44,450 bases of DNA from Gelria sp. (GTDB taxonomy: Bacteria > Bacillota > Syntrophomonadia > Syntrophomonadales > Syntrophomonadaceae): assembly GCA_012839665.1 (NCBI GenBank), contig DUMX01000083.1, positions 1-44,450 on the forward strand. The letters are read 5' to 3'. The position numbers and the translations under genes are program-made. Positions 7,571 through 18,600 of the stretch are shown here, piece by piece. Below the pieces are notes generated by a model that saw only the letters and a list, made by a program, of their open reading frames with translations, did no database searches and was not told where the DNA came from. Each line of letters begins with the position of its first letter. The first letter of the stretch is position 1.

Positions 7571-8748
7571 GGGGAAAAAGCATACCGGAGGGATATAAAG
7601 AGACCGAGGTTGGGGTAATACCGGAGGATTGGGAAGTAGCTACTTTTGGAGATGTTTTAACAGGATTTAATAGTGGTGCTACACCATCTAGGCGTAAATC
7701 ACAATATTACAAAGGTAACATTAAATGGGTAACCAGTGGAGAACTAAATTACAATATAATTAACGATACTCTTGAAAAAATTTCATATGATGCCATGTTA
7801 GATACAAATTTAAGTATTCAGCCTATAGGAACGTTACTTATAGCGATAACTGGTTTAGAAGCACAAGGAACAAGGGGGAGTTGCGCAATACTGGGAGTGG
7901 AGGCGACAACAAATCAATCTTGTATGGCTTTACATACAACAGACAGAATTACTACGAACTTTCTATTTCATTACTATAGATATAAAGGAGCTAATTTTGC
8001 TTTAAAGTATTGCCAAGGGACTAAACAACAAAGCTATACTGGAAAGCTGGTAAAAATTTTACCAATTCCCCTCCCACCTTTACAGGAACAAAAAGCTATA
8101 GCAGAGGTTTTATCTGATATGGATAAACTAATTGCAGCAATTGAAAAATTAATTGCTAAAAAACAGAAAATTAAACAGGGTACTATGCAGCTGCTGTTAA
8201 CTGGTAAAAAGCGGTTGCCGGGATTTACCGGGGATTGGGAAGTTAAGAGGTTGGTGGAGATTCTTAAAGTAAAGCATGGCAAAAGTCAACATCAAATTGT
8301 TGATGCAGATGGTGAATATCCGATATTGGCTACAGGAGGGGAAATAGGGAGGACAAATCAGTATTTATATAATAAACCATCAGTACTTATCGGTAGAAAA
8401 GGAACTATAGATAGGCCGCAATACATAGAAACACCTTTTTGGACAATTGATACTCTGTTTTATACGGAGATTTCCAGTAAAAGCATAGCAAAGTATATTT
8501 ACTATCTTTTTAATAGAATTGATTGGTATTCTTATAACGAAGCATCTGGAGTACCAAGTTTAAATGCATCTACCATTGAAGAAATCAGTATCCCCCTCCC
8601 GCCCCTACCAGAACAACGAGCCATAGCTCAAATCTTATCGGACATGGATGCGGAAATAGAGGCGTTGGAGAAGAAACTGGAGAAATATAGGCTTATCAAG
8701 GCGGGGATGATGGAAAAGCTATTGACCGGGGAGGTGAGGTTAGTATGA
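7564..8748 (+). CDS. hsdS: Type I restriction-modification system, specificity subunit S
   Basis: Two variable target-recognition halves are each followed by a conserved helix: LPPLQEQKAIAEVLSDMDKLIAAIEKL and LPPLPEQRAIAQILSDMDAEIEALEKK. It overlaps the hsdM stop by 7 nt. Confidence 0.9.
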   Translation: MVGGKSIPEGYKETEVGVIPEDWEVATFGDVLTGFNSGATPSRRKSQYYKGNIKWVTSGELNYNIINDTLEKISYDAMLDTNLSIQPIGTLLIAITGLEAQGTRGSCAILGVEATTNQSCMALHTTDRITTNFLFHYYRYKGANFALKYCQGTKQQSYTGKLVKILPIPLPPLQEQKAIAEVLSDMDKLIAAIEKLIAKKQKIKQGTMQLLLTGKKRLPGFTGDWEVKRLVEILKVKHGKSQHQIVDADGEYPILATGGEIGRTNQYLYNKPSVLIGRKGTIDRPQYIETPFWTIDTLFYTEISSKSIAKYIYYLFNRIDWYSYNEASGVPSLNASTIEEISIPLPPLPEQRAIAQILSDMDAEIEALEKKLEKYRLIKAGMMEKLLTGEVRLV

Positions 8749-11700
8749 GTAGAGTCGGGGAAATCGAACGCATGACTCAAAATAGAGTAGTCCGGCTGTT
8801 TACGGACAAACTCGGCTATCAATATTTAGGGAATTTGCAGGATAAAGATGATAACAAAAACGTAGAAACCCGTATCCTTAGAAATTATTTAAAAAGAAAA
8901 GGCTACAGCGGAAACCTGATTGAAAGGGCTATTAACATACTGAATAGAGCAGTCAGGAATCAGACTAATAGCCTTTATGATATTAATAAGGAAGTCTACG
9001 GGTATTTAAGATATGGGGTGGAAGTAAGGGAAACCATTGGGGAAAACAAACAGACTGTAAAACTCATCAATTGGGATGATGTTTACGACAACGAGTTTTA
9101 CATAGCCGAAGAGGTAAGTATCAAAGGAGAACATACCAAAAGACCGGATATTGTCTTATATGTCAACGGTATTGCCCTGGGAGTTTTGGAATTAAAACGG
9201 AGCACGGTTGCGGTAGCGGAAGGCATACGGCAAAACCTGGAAAACCAAGAATCCATTTTTATCAAGCCGTTTTTTAATACTATGCAGCTTATCCTGGCTG
9301 GTAATGATACCGAAGGACTGCGTTATGGAACTATTGAAACCAAGGAGCAATACTATCTTACCTGGAAGGAAGATAAAAAAGCCGAGGATAGATTAAGCCG
9401 GGAGGTAAGGAAGCTTGGCGATGAGGTAGAGCATATACTGGACCAGCAGCTTATTGGGTTTTGTCATAAGGAAAGATTTCTGGAAATCATATATTATTTT
9501 GTAGTTTTTGACCGCGGGATAAAAAAGCTGTGTCGACCCAGTCAATATTTCGGGGTAAAGGCGGCTATGCCGCGAATTAAGAATAAAGAAAGCGGGATTA
9601 TCTGGCATACTCAGGGCAGCGGGAAAAGCCTGATTATGGTATGGATAGCTAAATGGATCAGGGAAAATATCAGCGATTCCCGGGTTTTGATAATTACTGA
9701 TAGAGATGAACTGGATAAGCAGATTGAGAAAGTATTTAAGGGTGTAGAGGAGGATATTTACCGGACTAAAAGCGGCAAGGACTTAATAGAAAGACTTAAT
9801 CAAACTACACCACTGATGTTGTGTTCTCTTATCCACAAATTTGGCTCGAGAGGAGAAAAAGATGATGATACCAGCTATGACGACTATATTGATGAATTAA
9901 AAAGCAATTTGCCCCCGGATTTTAAAGCTAAAGGGGATATATATGTATTTGTAGATGAATGTCACCGCACCCAGTCCGGTAAACTGCACACCGCCATGAG
10001 GGAAATCCTGCCTGACAGCATGTTTATAGGTTTTACCGGCACCCCCCTGCTGAAAAAGGACAAAGCCACCAGCATAGAAGTTTTCGGAAGTTATATTCAT
10101 ACTTACAAATTCGATGAAGCTGTAAAAGATGAGGTAGTATTGGATTTATGTTATGAAGCCCGGGATATAGAGCAGGATATTACTTCCCAGGAAAAAATTG
10201 ACCAATGGTTTGAAGCGAAGACCAGGGGGCTTACTGATTATGCTAAAAACCAACTGAAACAAAGATGGGGAACTATGCAGAGGGTTTTAAGCTCCAAATC
10301 CAGATTAGAACAGATAGTAAAAGACATTATCTTCGATATGGAAACAAAAGACCGCCTCCAAAATGGACAGGGCAATGCCATGTTAATAGCCGGCAGTATA
10401 TACGAAGCTTGTAAATACTATGAGTTATTCCAGGCAACTGGATTTACTAAATGTGCCATGGTTACTTCTTATGTTCCCAATATCAGGGATATAAAAGGTG
10501 AAACTACCGGGGAGGATAAGCCTACTGAAAATGTAGAAAAATACAGGATTTATCAGGACATGCTCAAGGGCAAAAGCCCGCAGGAATTTGAAGAAGAGGC
10601 TAAAAGGAAATTTGTCGAACAGCCGGCTCAATTAAAACTACTCATCGTAGTGGATAAACTGCTTACTGGTTTTGATGCTCCCCCGGCAACTTACTTGTAC
10701 ATTGATAAAAGCATGAAAGACCATGGATTGTTCCAGGCTATTTGTCGGGTAAACCGGATTGACGGTGATGGCAAAGAATACGGCTATATCGTGGATTATA
10801 TGGATTTATTTAAGAGCCTGGAAAAGTCTGTACAGGATTATACCTCGGAGGCTTTTGCTGATTATGATAAGGAAGATGTTGAGGGACTGCTTAAAAACCG
10901 GCTGGAAAAAGCCCGGGAGCGGTTGGATGAGGCTTTGGAAAAAGTGAAGGCATTATGTGAACCGGTAGCTCCTCCCAAAGGGACCCTGCAATATATCAGG
11001 TATTTCTGTTGGGAAAATATATTTGATGAAAAAGAATTAAAGGATAACGAACCTAAGCGATTAGCCCTCTATCAATATACTACCGCACTAATCAGGGCCT
11101 ACGCCAATATTGCCAATGAGATGGAGGAGGTCGGATACACGGCCAAGGAAATTGCAGATATAAAAAATGATGTAGAACATTTTAATAATGCTCGCAGAGA
11201 GGTAATGCTGGCCGCCGATGATGATATCGACTTAAAATCCTATGAACCGGCGATGCGGCATTTAATAGATAACTACATAAGTGCTGAAGACAGCAAGCAA
11301 ATCTCGGCTTTTGAGAATATGACCCTGGTTGATCTTATAGTGGACAGGGGAGTAGATTTTGTCCAGGAATTACCGGCTAATATTAAAAAAGATGAAGAAG
11401 CTGCAGCTGAAACGATTGAGAATAATGTACGCCGCTTAATTGTGGACCAAAGGGCTACAAATCCGAGATATTATGACCGCATGTCAGCACTTTTAGAAGA
11501 GGTCATTAGACAACGAAAAGCAGCAGCCATATCTTATCAGGAACATTTAAAGCGGGTAGTTGAAATAGCCCGCAGGTCGAAAAACCCGGCGACCGTTTCC
11601 GAGTATCCGGCTACTATCAATACTCAAGCCAAAAGGGCATTATATGATAATTTAGATAAAAATATAGATTTAGCCATTTCTTTAGATAAAAAAATTAGAG

Positions 11701-11837
11701 AAGAAGCCCCCAGCGGTTGGAAAGACAATGATGTAATCAAGGAACGTATGGTACGGTATTTAATCAAGAGATATATAGATGATGACCAATTAGCAGAAGA
11801 GGTTTTTCGGTTGGCGAAGGAGCAGGAGGAATATTAG
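8745..11837 (+). CDS. hsdR: Type I restriction endonuclease subunit R
   Basis: N-terminal PD-(D/E)xK-like RPDIVLYVNGIALGVLELK. Helicase motif I HTQGSGKS. Motif II VDECHRTQ. ATGA start/stop overlap with hsdS. Confidence 0.93.
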   Translation: MSRVGEIERMTQNRVVRLFTDKLGYQYLGNLQDKDDNKNVETRILRNYLKRKGYSGNLIERAINILNRAVRNQTNSLYDINKEVYGYLRYGVEVRETIGENKQTVKLINWDDVYDNEFYIAEEVSIKGEHTKRPDIVLYVNGIALGVLELKRSTVAVAEGIRQNLENQESIFIKPFFNTMQLILAGNDTEGLRYGTIETKEQYYLTWKEDKKAEDRLSREVRKLGDEVEHILDQQLIGFCHKERFLEIIYYFVVFDRGIKKLCRPSQYFGVKAAMPRIKNKESGIIWHTQGSGKSLIMVWIAKWIRENISDSRVLIITDRDELDKQIEKVFKGVEEDIYRTKSGKDLIERLNQTTPLMLCSLIHKFGSRGEKDDDTSYDDYIDELKSNLPPDFKAKGDIYVFVDECHRTQSGKLHTAMREILPDSMFIGFTGTPLLKKDKATSIEVFGSYIHTYKFDEAVKDEVVLDLCYEARDIEQDITSQEKIDQWFEAKTRGLTDYAKNQLKQRWGTMQRVLSSKSRLEQIVKDIIFDMETKDRLQNGQGNAMLIAGSIYEACKYYELFQATGFTKCAMVTSYVPNIRDIKGETTGEDKPTENVEKYRIYQDMLKGKSPQEFEEEAKRKFVEQPAQLKLLIVVDKLLTGFDAPPATYLYIDKSMKDHGLFQAICRVNRIDGDGKEYGYIVDYMDLFKSLEKSVQDYTSEAFADYDKEDVEGLLKNRLEKARERLDEALEKVKALCEPVAPPKGTLQYIRYFCWENIFDEKELKDNEPKRLALYQYTTALIRAYANIANEMEEVGYTAKEIADIKNDVEHFNNARREVMLAADDDIDLKSYEPAMRHLIDNYISAEDSKQISAFENMTLVDLIVDRGVDFVQELPANIKKDEEAAAETIENNVRRLIVDQRATNPRYYDRMSALLEEVIRQRKAAAISYQEHLKRVVEIARRSKNPATVSEYPATINTQAKRALYDNLDKNIDLAISLDKKIREEAPSGWKDNDVIKERMVRYLIKRYIDDDQLAEEVFRLAKEQEEY

Positions 11838-12541
11838 TGGGGAAGTTGATGGTTGGAGATATAGAAATTGAGTTAATCAAGAAAAATATAAAAAACCTGC
11901 ATCTTTCGGTACTGCCACCTGACGGCAGGGTGCGGATTTCGGCACCTAAAAAACTGGATGATGAAACTATCAGGCTTTTTGCAGTATCTAAATTATCCTG
12001 GATAAAAAAGCAGCAGGTAAAGTTTCAAAACCAGGAAAGACAGCCGGAAAGGGATTTTGTTTCGGGTGAGAGTCATTATTTTTTAGGGGAGCGCTACCTC
12101 TTAAATGTAATCTACACCAATAAAAGGAAGCAGGGTGTTGAAGTCCGCAACAAAACTTATCTGGATTTGTTCGTACGGGAAAACAGCAATAAGGAACAAA
12201 GGGAAAAAGTTATGCGGGAATGGTATCGCCGTAAGTTAAAAGCCTTAATTCCCCCATTGATAGAAAAATGGGAACCTATAATAGGGGTGGAGGTGGACGC
12301 GTGGGGGGTAAAATTAATGAAGACCCGATGGGGTAGTTGCAATACCACCGCCAGGAGGATATGGCTGAACCTGGAACTGGCAAAAAAGAATCCCGTCTGT
12401 TTAGAATACATAGTTGTCCATGAAATGGTACATTTACTTGAGCGTCTCCACAATGAAAAATTTGTGGCCTACATGGATAAATTTTTACCTGATTGGCGAA
12501 GTACCAGGGCGGAGCTAAACGGGTTAGTTTTTGATGAGTAA
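11837..12541 (+). CDS. DUF45/YgjP-like zinc metallopeptidase (HExxH) linked to the R-M operon
   Basis: HEMVHLLERLH motif near the C-terminus. The GTG start shares one base with the hsdR TAG stop. An alternative ATG is at 11849. Confidence 0.8.
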   Translation: MGKLMVGDIEIELIKKNIKNLHLSVLPPDGRVRISAPKKLDDETIRLFAVSKLSWIKKQQVKFQNQERQPERDFVSGESHYFLGERYLLNVIYTNKRKQGVEVRNKTYLDLFVRENSNKEQREKVMREWYRRKLKALIPPLIEKWEPIIGVEVDAWGVKLMKTRWGSCNTTARRIWLNLELAKKNPVCLEYIVVHEMVHLLERLHNEKFVAYMDKFLPDWRSTRAELNGLVFDE

Positions 12542-12725
12542 ATAGATTAATCATGATCCGGGATTTGGTTTTTTGGCATTTACCTTTAGCTACCAGCATC
12601 GACCTGCCTTAATTGTCATTTTTCTAGGATAATAAGCACAAATATCCCGAAAATTTATGGAAAAGACCAGGGAAATATGACAATATATAGATAAGACCAT
12701 GGCGATATTATGGGATAAGTAGAAA

Positions 12726-14156
12726 ATGGAGGAAGCAATGAATCGTTTTGCAGCATCTGATAGGGAAGTGGTCAGGGAAAATGGCCTGCCGGAAGAATTA
12801 ATAAACAGCCGGGAGAAAATACTGGCTTACTCGGGTCTGCCTGCGGATAAGGTCCAAATGTTTACGGCCCACTTAGAAGAGTATAAGCGGATTCAGGGTG
12901 ATTACCGGGCGGATAGACAGATAAGAAGGCTACGAGGAGCATTGACAGAACTGTTTTTCGAGGTTTACGGCCTGGTAGCCAGGAAGGTTTTGCAGGAGAA
13001 AAACCCCGGTCGGTTGTATAAAATGTTTTTGCAGTATGGTTATATGGACGAAGAGTTGGCTGGTAAAGAGAGTACTCTAATCCTGTATGAAATGGCGAAT
13101 CAGACCCAACCTGAAGGGAACTACGATGTATACAATGGCTTGACCTGGTTGGAACAAATCAGGAATCAGGAAAAGGAGCCTTCGGTAAATGATTTTGGGT
13201 TAGATTACCAGGATATGTTCCGGGAAAAGAGAAAACGGGGAGAGCTTCGTGAGGAGGATAAGGCCAGTTATGATGAAGACCTGGATGGCCGTATGGAGCA
13301 CGAGATAGGCAGTTTATTCAAAATGGGGCAACGGATGTGCTGTGGACGGTTAAATGACTATTTCCCTATATTTCATCAGGGGATGGTAATTGGGGATTTG
13401 TCAGAAACCCTGGTGACTCCGCAAAAAATTGAGGATAGTATGAACCGAGTTCTGCAGGTTGATTTTTCCGCTCTGCACCGGGAAACGGTTTATCGCAACC
13501 CGGAAAAGGGGATTCGTCAGGAGTTAATTATGCAAGCAGTTGAGCCGGATTTTATTCTGATGCCCATTTTTGGGGGCGAAGGGGTCATGTGGCAGAGCTT
13601 GAGTGGTAAACTGATGAATTCTCCCGGACGTTTTCTTTTCCCCATTTTTTCATCGGCTAATCTGGATGAGCTTATGATTGACGCTGTAGCTAAATTTCGT
13701 TGGGAGTTATCGCGGTCGCTTTCGGCCTATAGCTTGAGTGACTATCAGGAAGGGTCTTTGGTGGGGGATTATGGCAGTTATATTCAATTTTACAGGAAGA
13801 ATCGTGATCTTTCCGCCGATGCCAAAGAAAAAATAAAAGTACAGATAAATAGAAATCGCAACAATACGGTTGAAATTTTTGCCTCTGATTATTTCACCTG
13901 GGTGCAGTATGAATCTAAAGGTATGTTGCGATTAAATAAGGTAGTCCGGGAAATTCTTTTCAAACATTGTCCTTTTTCGCAGCCAATACGTGATAGCTTG
14001 GAGAAGCAGCCTTTGTTCAGTTCATTTATCCGTAGGTTTGAGAATATCAGGGCTAAAGAGGCCCGACTGCTGGAAGCACGCTATGCTAAATTAGAGCGCT
14101 CCGGTATTGAGCTCGACCCGGAACTGAAGGATAATTTGTTATATTATCAGAGTTAA
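12726..14156 (+). CDS. Hypothetical protein, 476 aa, no recognisable motif
   Basis: Long uninterrupted ORF with typical coding composition. It has no TM segment and no catalytic motif I can name. It lies between the R-M operon and sbcDC. Confidence 0.6.
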   Translation: MEEAMNRFAASDREVVRENGLPEELINSREKILAYSGLPADKVQMFTAHLEEYKRIQGDYRADRQIRRLRGALTELFFEVYGLVARKVLQEKNPGRLYKMFLQYGYMDEELAGKESTLILYEMANQTQPEGNYDVYNGLTWLEQIRNQEKEPSVNDFGLDYQDMFREKRKRGELREEDKASYDEDLDGRMEHEIGSLFKMGQRMCCGRLNDYFPIFHQGMVIGDLSETLVTPQKIEDSMNRVLQVDFSALHRETVYRNPEKGIRQELIMQAVEPDFILMPIFGGEGVMWQSLSGKLMNSPGRFLFPIFSSANLDELMIDAVAKFRWELSRSLSAYSLSDYQEGSLVGDYGSYIQFYRKNRDLSADAKEKIKVQINRNRNNTVEIFASDYFTWVQYESKGMLRLNKVVREILFKHCPFSQPIRDSLEKQPLFSSFIRRFENIRAKEARLLEARYAKLERSGIELDPELKDNLLYYQS

Positions 14157-14361
14157 AACGTAAATAGGGTGCTGGTAGCAGGCAGCATAGGTATGGCGGA
14201 GTTAAGGGGTAACCCAAAATAGCGTGGTCAATTAAGAATTAAGAATTTTGAATTAAAAATTAGTGGGAAACTGTCGGTAGCGGAGGCTTATGCTATTTTC
14301 ACGGGTTGTGCTCTGTGGGGGTACGTTATTTGCGCCTATTTTTTACGAAAGGGAAAATGTC

Positions 14362-15591
14362 ATGAGGATTATGCATACTTCGGATTGGCACTTGGGGTGC
14401 TCTCTTTATGGGCGGAAAAGATATGAAGAAGCGGAAGCATTTCTGGACTGGTTGAGTAAGCTGCTGGAAGAGGAAAATATTGATGTGCTGCTGGTAGCAG
14501 GAGATATTTTTGATACTACTACTCCCAGTAACCGGGCGCAAAAGTTGTATTACCAGTTTTTATGCCGGGTAGCGGAGTCCTCTTGCCGTCATGTGGTAAT
14601 TACGGCGGGAAACCATGATTCTCCCTCTTTTTTAAATGCCCCCCGGGAATTGCTGCGCCATTTGCAGGTTTACATAGTAGGAAGTATAGGGGAAAGTCCG
14701 GATGACGAAGTTTTGTTATTGAAAAACCCTGAAGGGGAAGCAGAATTAATAGTCTGTGCAGTTCCTTACCTGCGGGATCGAGATATTCGTAAAGTAGAAG
14801 CGGGGGAGAGTGTGGAGGATAAGGGGCGCAAGCTGGTTGAGGGGATTTGCTCCCACTATGCTCTGCGGGCTGACGCAGCCCAAGCAATTCAGGGCGGTTT
14901 GGAAAAACCGGTTCCTATAGTTGCTATGGGTCATTTATTAGTTGCCGGGGGAAAAACAGTGGACGGTGACGGAGTCAGGGAGCTTTATCCTGGAGCCTTG
15001 GCCCAGGTGGGAGCCGATATTTTTCCACCGGTATTTGACTATGTAGCTCTGGGACATTTACATAACTTTCAGACCGTAGCAGGAAGGCGAAACTGCTGTT
15101 ATTCCGGGGCGCCGCTCCCGATGGGTTTCGGGGAAGCTTCCCGGGAAAAGAAAGTAATTAAGGTGGAGTTCGCAGATGCTAAGGTCGAAATTACGCCGAT
15201 TACAGTTCCACTTTTCCAGGCTTTACATAGTATTCGCGGGGATTGGCATCAGATTGAGGAGCAACTGGAGGAGCTGAAGTCAGAGCCGCAAAATATCTGG
15301 GTGGAAATCATTTATGAAGGTGCTGAAATAACAAGTAATTTGCGGGAGCGGGTAGATGAAGCGGTAGCCGGAACGGATATAGAAGTCTTGCGGGTGGGAA
15401 ACAAAAGCCAGTGGGACCGGGAATTAAGCCTCCTGGGTGAGGGTGAAGTTCTTAGTGAACTGCATCCCCGGGAGGTTTTTATACGTTGTTTAGAGGCTTA
15501 TGAAGTGGAAGAAAGCCAGCGCCCGGAATTGTTGAAGCTATATAATGAAGTAGTGGACTTGCTGGATTTGGAAGATTGGATGGCAGAATAG
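14362..15591 (+). CDS. sbcD: Exonuclease SbcCD, nuclease subunit D (Mre11 family)
   Basis: Starts MRIMHTSDWHLG. Calcineurin-type phosphoesterase motifs GDIFD, GNHD and ALGHLH are present. The start is moved to the ATG at 14362 because the 24 upstream codons in the track ORF lack an RBS. Confidence 0.9.
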   Translation: MRIMHTSDWHLGCSLYGRKRYEEAEAFLDWLSKLLEEENIDVLLVAGDIFDTTTPSNRAQKLYYQFLCRVAESSCRHVVITAGNHDSPSFLNAPRELLRHLQVYIVGSIGESPDDEVLLLKNPEGEAELIVCAVPYLRDRDIRKVEAGESVEDKGRKLVEGICSHYALRADAAQAIQGGLEKPVPIVAMGHLLVAGGKTVDGDGVRELYPGALAQVGADIFPPVFDYVALGHLHNFQTVAGRRNCCYSGAPLPMGFGEASREKKVIKVEFADAKVEITPITVPLFQALHSIRGDWHQIEEQLEELKSEPQNIWVEIIYEGAEITSNLRERVDEAVAGTDIEVLRVGNKSQWDRELSLLGEGEVLSELHPREVFIRCLEAYEVEESQRPELLKLYNEVVDLLDLEDWMAE

Positions 15592-15604
15592 GAGGCGTTT
15601 ACTT

Positions 15605-18600
15605 ATGAGGATACACGAGGTACGCTTTCAAAACTTGAACTCTCTGGTGGGGGAATGGAAGATAGATTTTTCCGATCCGGCCTATTTAGCTGATGGTATA
15701 TTTGCTATTACCGGACCCACCGGGGCAGGGAAAACTACTATTTTGGATGCCATCTGTTTGGCTCTTTATGGTCGTACTCCGCGTCTGGAGCGAGTGAATA
15801 GGAGCAGTAATGAGATAATGTCTCGCCATACCGGCAGTTGTTATGCTGAGATCAGTTTTGAAACTCGGGAGGGTTCTTTCCGCTGTCATTGGAGTCAGCA
15901 ACGTGCCTACAAGAAGCCGGGTGGAGAGCTACAAACACATAAACATGAGATTTCCGATGCGCTTGACGGTAAGGTATTGGAAAATAAAATTCGTGATGTG
16001 GCCCTTAAGGTAGAAGAAATTACGGGTATGAATTTTAACCGCTTTACCCGTTCTATATTACTGGCCCAGGGCGGGTTTGCGGCTTTTTTGCAGGCTTCGC
16101 CAGATGAACGCGCTCCTATCCTGGAGCAGATTACAGGTACTGAAATTTATAGCGAAATATCTATACAGGTGCATGAGCGCCAGCGGGAAGAAAAAAATTG
16201 TCTGGAAATTCTACAGGCTGAAATAGCCGGTATGAAGGTGTTGAGTGCAGAAGAGGAAGAAGACCTGCGCGAGGGTATTGACCATAAAACTAGTCAGGAA
16301 AAAAAGCAGCAGGAAGAGCTCGGCTTTTTGCGTAAGGCTTTGGCCTGGTTGGACCAGATAGCCCAATTAGAGGAAGAAATCGGTTCTCTTCAGATGCAGT
16401 GGGGCCAGCACCGAGAGCGGCAGGAGGCTTTTCAGGAGGACCGATTGCGTTTACAGAGGGCTCGTCAGGCCATGATTTTAGATGCTCCTTATGCCCAACT
16501 TACACATTTACGGGAGCTGCAGACTGGCGAAGTGGAGGAATTGGAAGGAATCAGGGAAGAATTGCCCCGGCAAAGGGAAGCTATTACTGCGGCTGTCAAG
16601 GCATGGGAAAAGGCCCGGCAGGAATTAAATGGGCTCAAAATTTTACGTAAAGCGGAAGGGGAAAAAGCTAAACAGGTCCGGGCTATGGATTTGTTAATTA
16701 AGCAGCAGGGTGAGCAGATAGAGGGAATACAAGCGCTAGTCAGCGATGGGGAAACCGAGTGCGCAGCCCTGCAGGACGAAATAGTTGATGGCAAGAAGAA
16801 ATTAAAAGAAATGGCCGGGGCCTGGGATAATATTGAAAAATATTTGCGGGAAAATAACCGGGATGCTACCTTAGTTACTAATCTGACCGGCATTACCAGG
16901 GCTTTTAACCAACTGAAAGAACTGGTAGTAGCATTGCAAAAAAAGGACTCCGAATGGCAGCAGGCGGCAGTAGCCCTGAAATCTCTACTGGATGCCGGGG
17001 AACAAATAGCGGGCACCTATGATAGTAATAAAGAAGTGCAGGAGCACCACTATAAGGTTTTGCAGGCAGAAGAGGATAAACTGAAAGAGGTCTTGCAGGG
17101 GCATGAAATAGACTGGTGGCAGGATGAGCTGGACGAATATAAGGAGCGGAAAGATAAGCTGCAGGAGCTTAAGCAGATATGGGACAGAATTATTCAGATA
17201 GAAGAGGATTTAAAGGGCGGACGGGAGTCGGTGCAACGGTTAGAAGAAGAACAGAAGCAGCTGGCCCGGGAAATAGAACAAGGGGAAGAAAAGGAACGCT
17301 ATTTAGCAGAAAAGATTGAAGGTTTGGAAACCCGGGTAGTATTATTAAGCCGCATCCGGGATTTGGAGGCGGAACGGGCGCAACTGGAAGATGGCAAAGC
17401 CTGTCCATTATGTGGGGCAACGGAACATCCCTATGCCCGGGGAAATGTGCCCCAAATGGACGAAAGCCAGGAGGAACTTAATCAAACCCGCAAGCAGCAT
17501 AGAGAATTAAGTAAGGATTTGGAAAAACGGAAAATACAAAAGGGCAAGTTAGATAAGGAACTGGAACATGCCAGGGCTACAGTCGAGCAGGCAGAACAGC
17601 AGCTTGGTAAAGAAATAAAATTGCGTGTGTACAGTATGGATGAACTAGGGTTGGATTTATCAGAGGTGAAGACTCGGGATGAGGTTGGACTGCAGGTAAA
17701 TCAGAGTCAAGAGAATATTAAATACTACTCGCAACAGCTTAAAACGATTGCAGCATTGCAGAAAAATGTAGGAGCATTGGCGCTTCAGTATGAAGAAAGC
17801 CGTACTGCATTTATCCAATCCGATAAAGATCGGCAGCAATCTGTCTGGCAGCAAAAACAAGCTCAGCTGGAGGATGAACGCCTTGAGAAGGAGTACCAGA
17901 CCTTAAAAGATGAGGTAGAAAATTTGCAGGCGATAGCTTTACAGGAAGTAAGCGAATATGGTATTACCCATTTGCCTCTAGAGAAGCTGTCGGCTATTCT
18001 AAAAATCCTGGGTGAACGTAAAACCCGCTGGGAAGCGCAACAGGAAGAGAAATTGCATTTAGAGAAAGATATAAACACTGCCCAAAGCGAACTAGACAAA
18101 CTAGAAATCCAGTTGCAAACCGGGAAAAAAGCATTGGAAAGTGAGCGTCAGAAGCTTAAGCGGCAGCAGGAGGAGTACGAAAAGCAGCGAGAGGCTCGTC
18201 TTAATCTCTATGGGGAGCGTGACCCGGATGAGGAAGAAAAACGTTTGGATGAGGAAATAAAGGCTGGCGAAAATGCAGTTGAGGAGGCAAGAGAAGAAGC
18301 GGAAGTGCTTAAACGCCGTGAGGAATTCTTAGTAGAGCGGGAAAAAACTTTGGTCAATGTTACCCAAAAGCGGATTCCAGAACTGCAGAGGATGGAGGAG
18401 AGTTTTGCCCGGCAACTGCGGCAGACCGATTTTAAACAGGAAGAAGATTATTTGCAGGCCAAATTATCTAACGAAGAACGGCAGTCCTTGTCTGCAGCCG
18501 AGGAAGAGTTGAAAACGGAGGGAACAAAACTGCAGGCCAGCCTGAGTAACAGTCGGAAAAATCTGCAGCGGGAAAAAGATAAAAACCTAACTGATGAGCC

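Noticed and set aside
14290-14361. N-terminal 24-codon extension of sbcD given in the ORF track.
   Set aside because: The extension has no RBS and is hydrophobic filler. SbcD/Mre11 proteins begin with M(R/K)xxHxSDxHLG, which here starts at the ATG at 14362.
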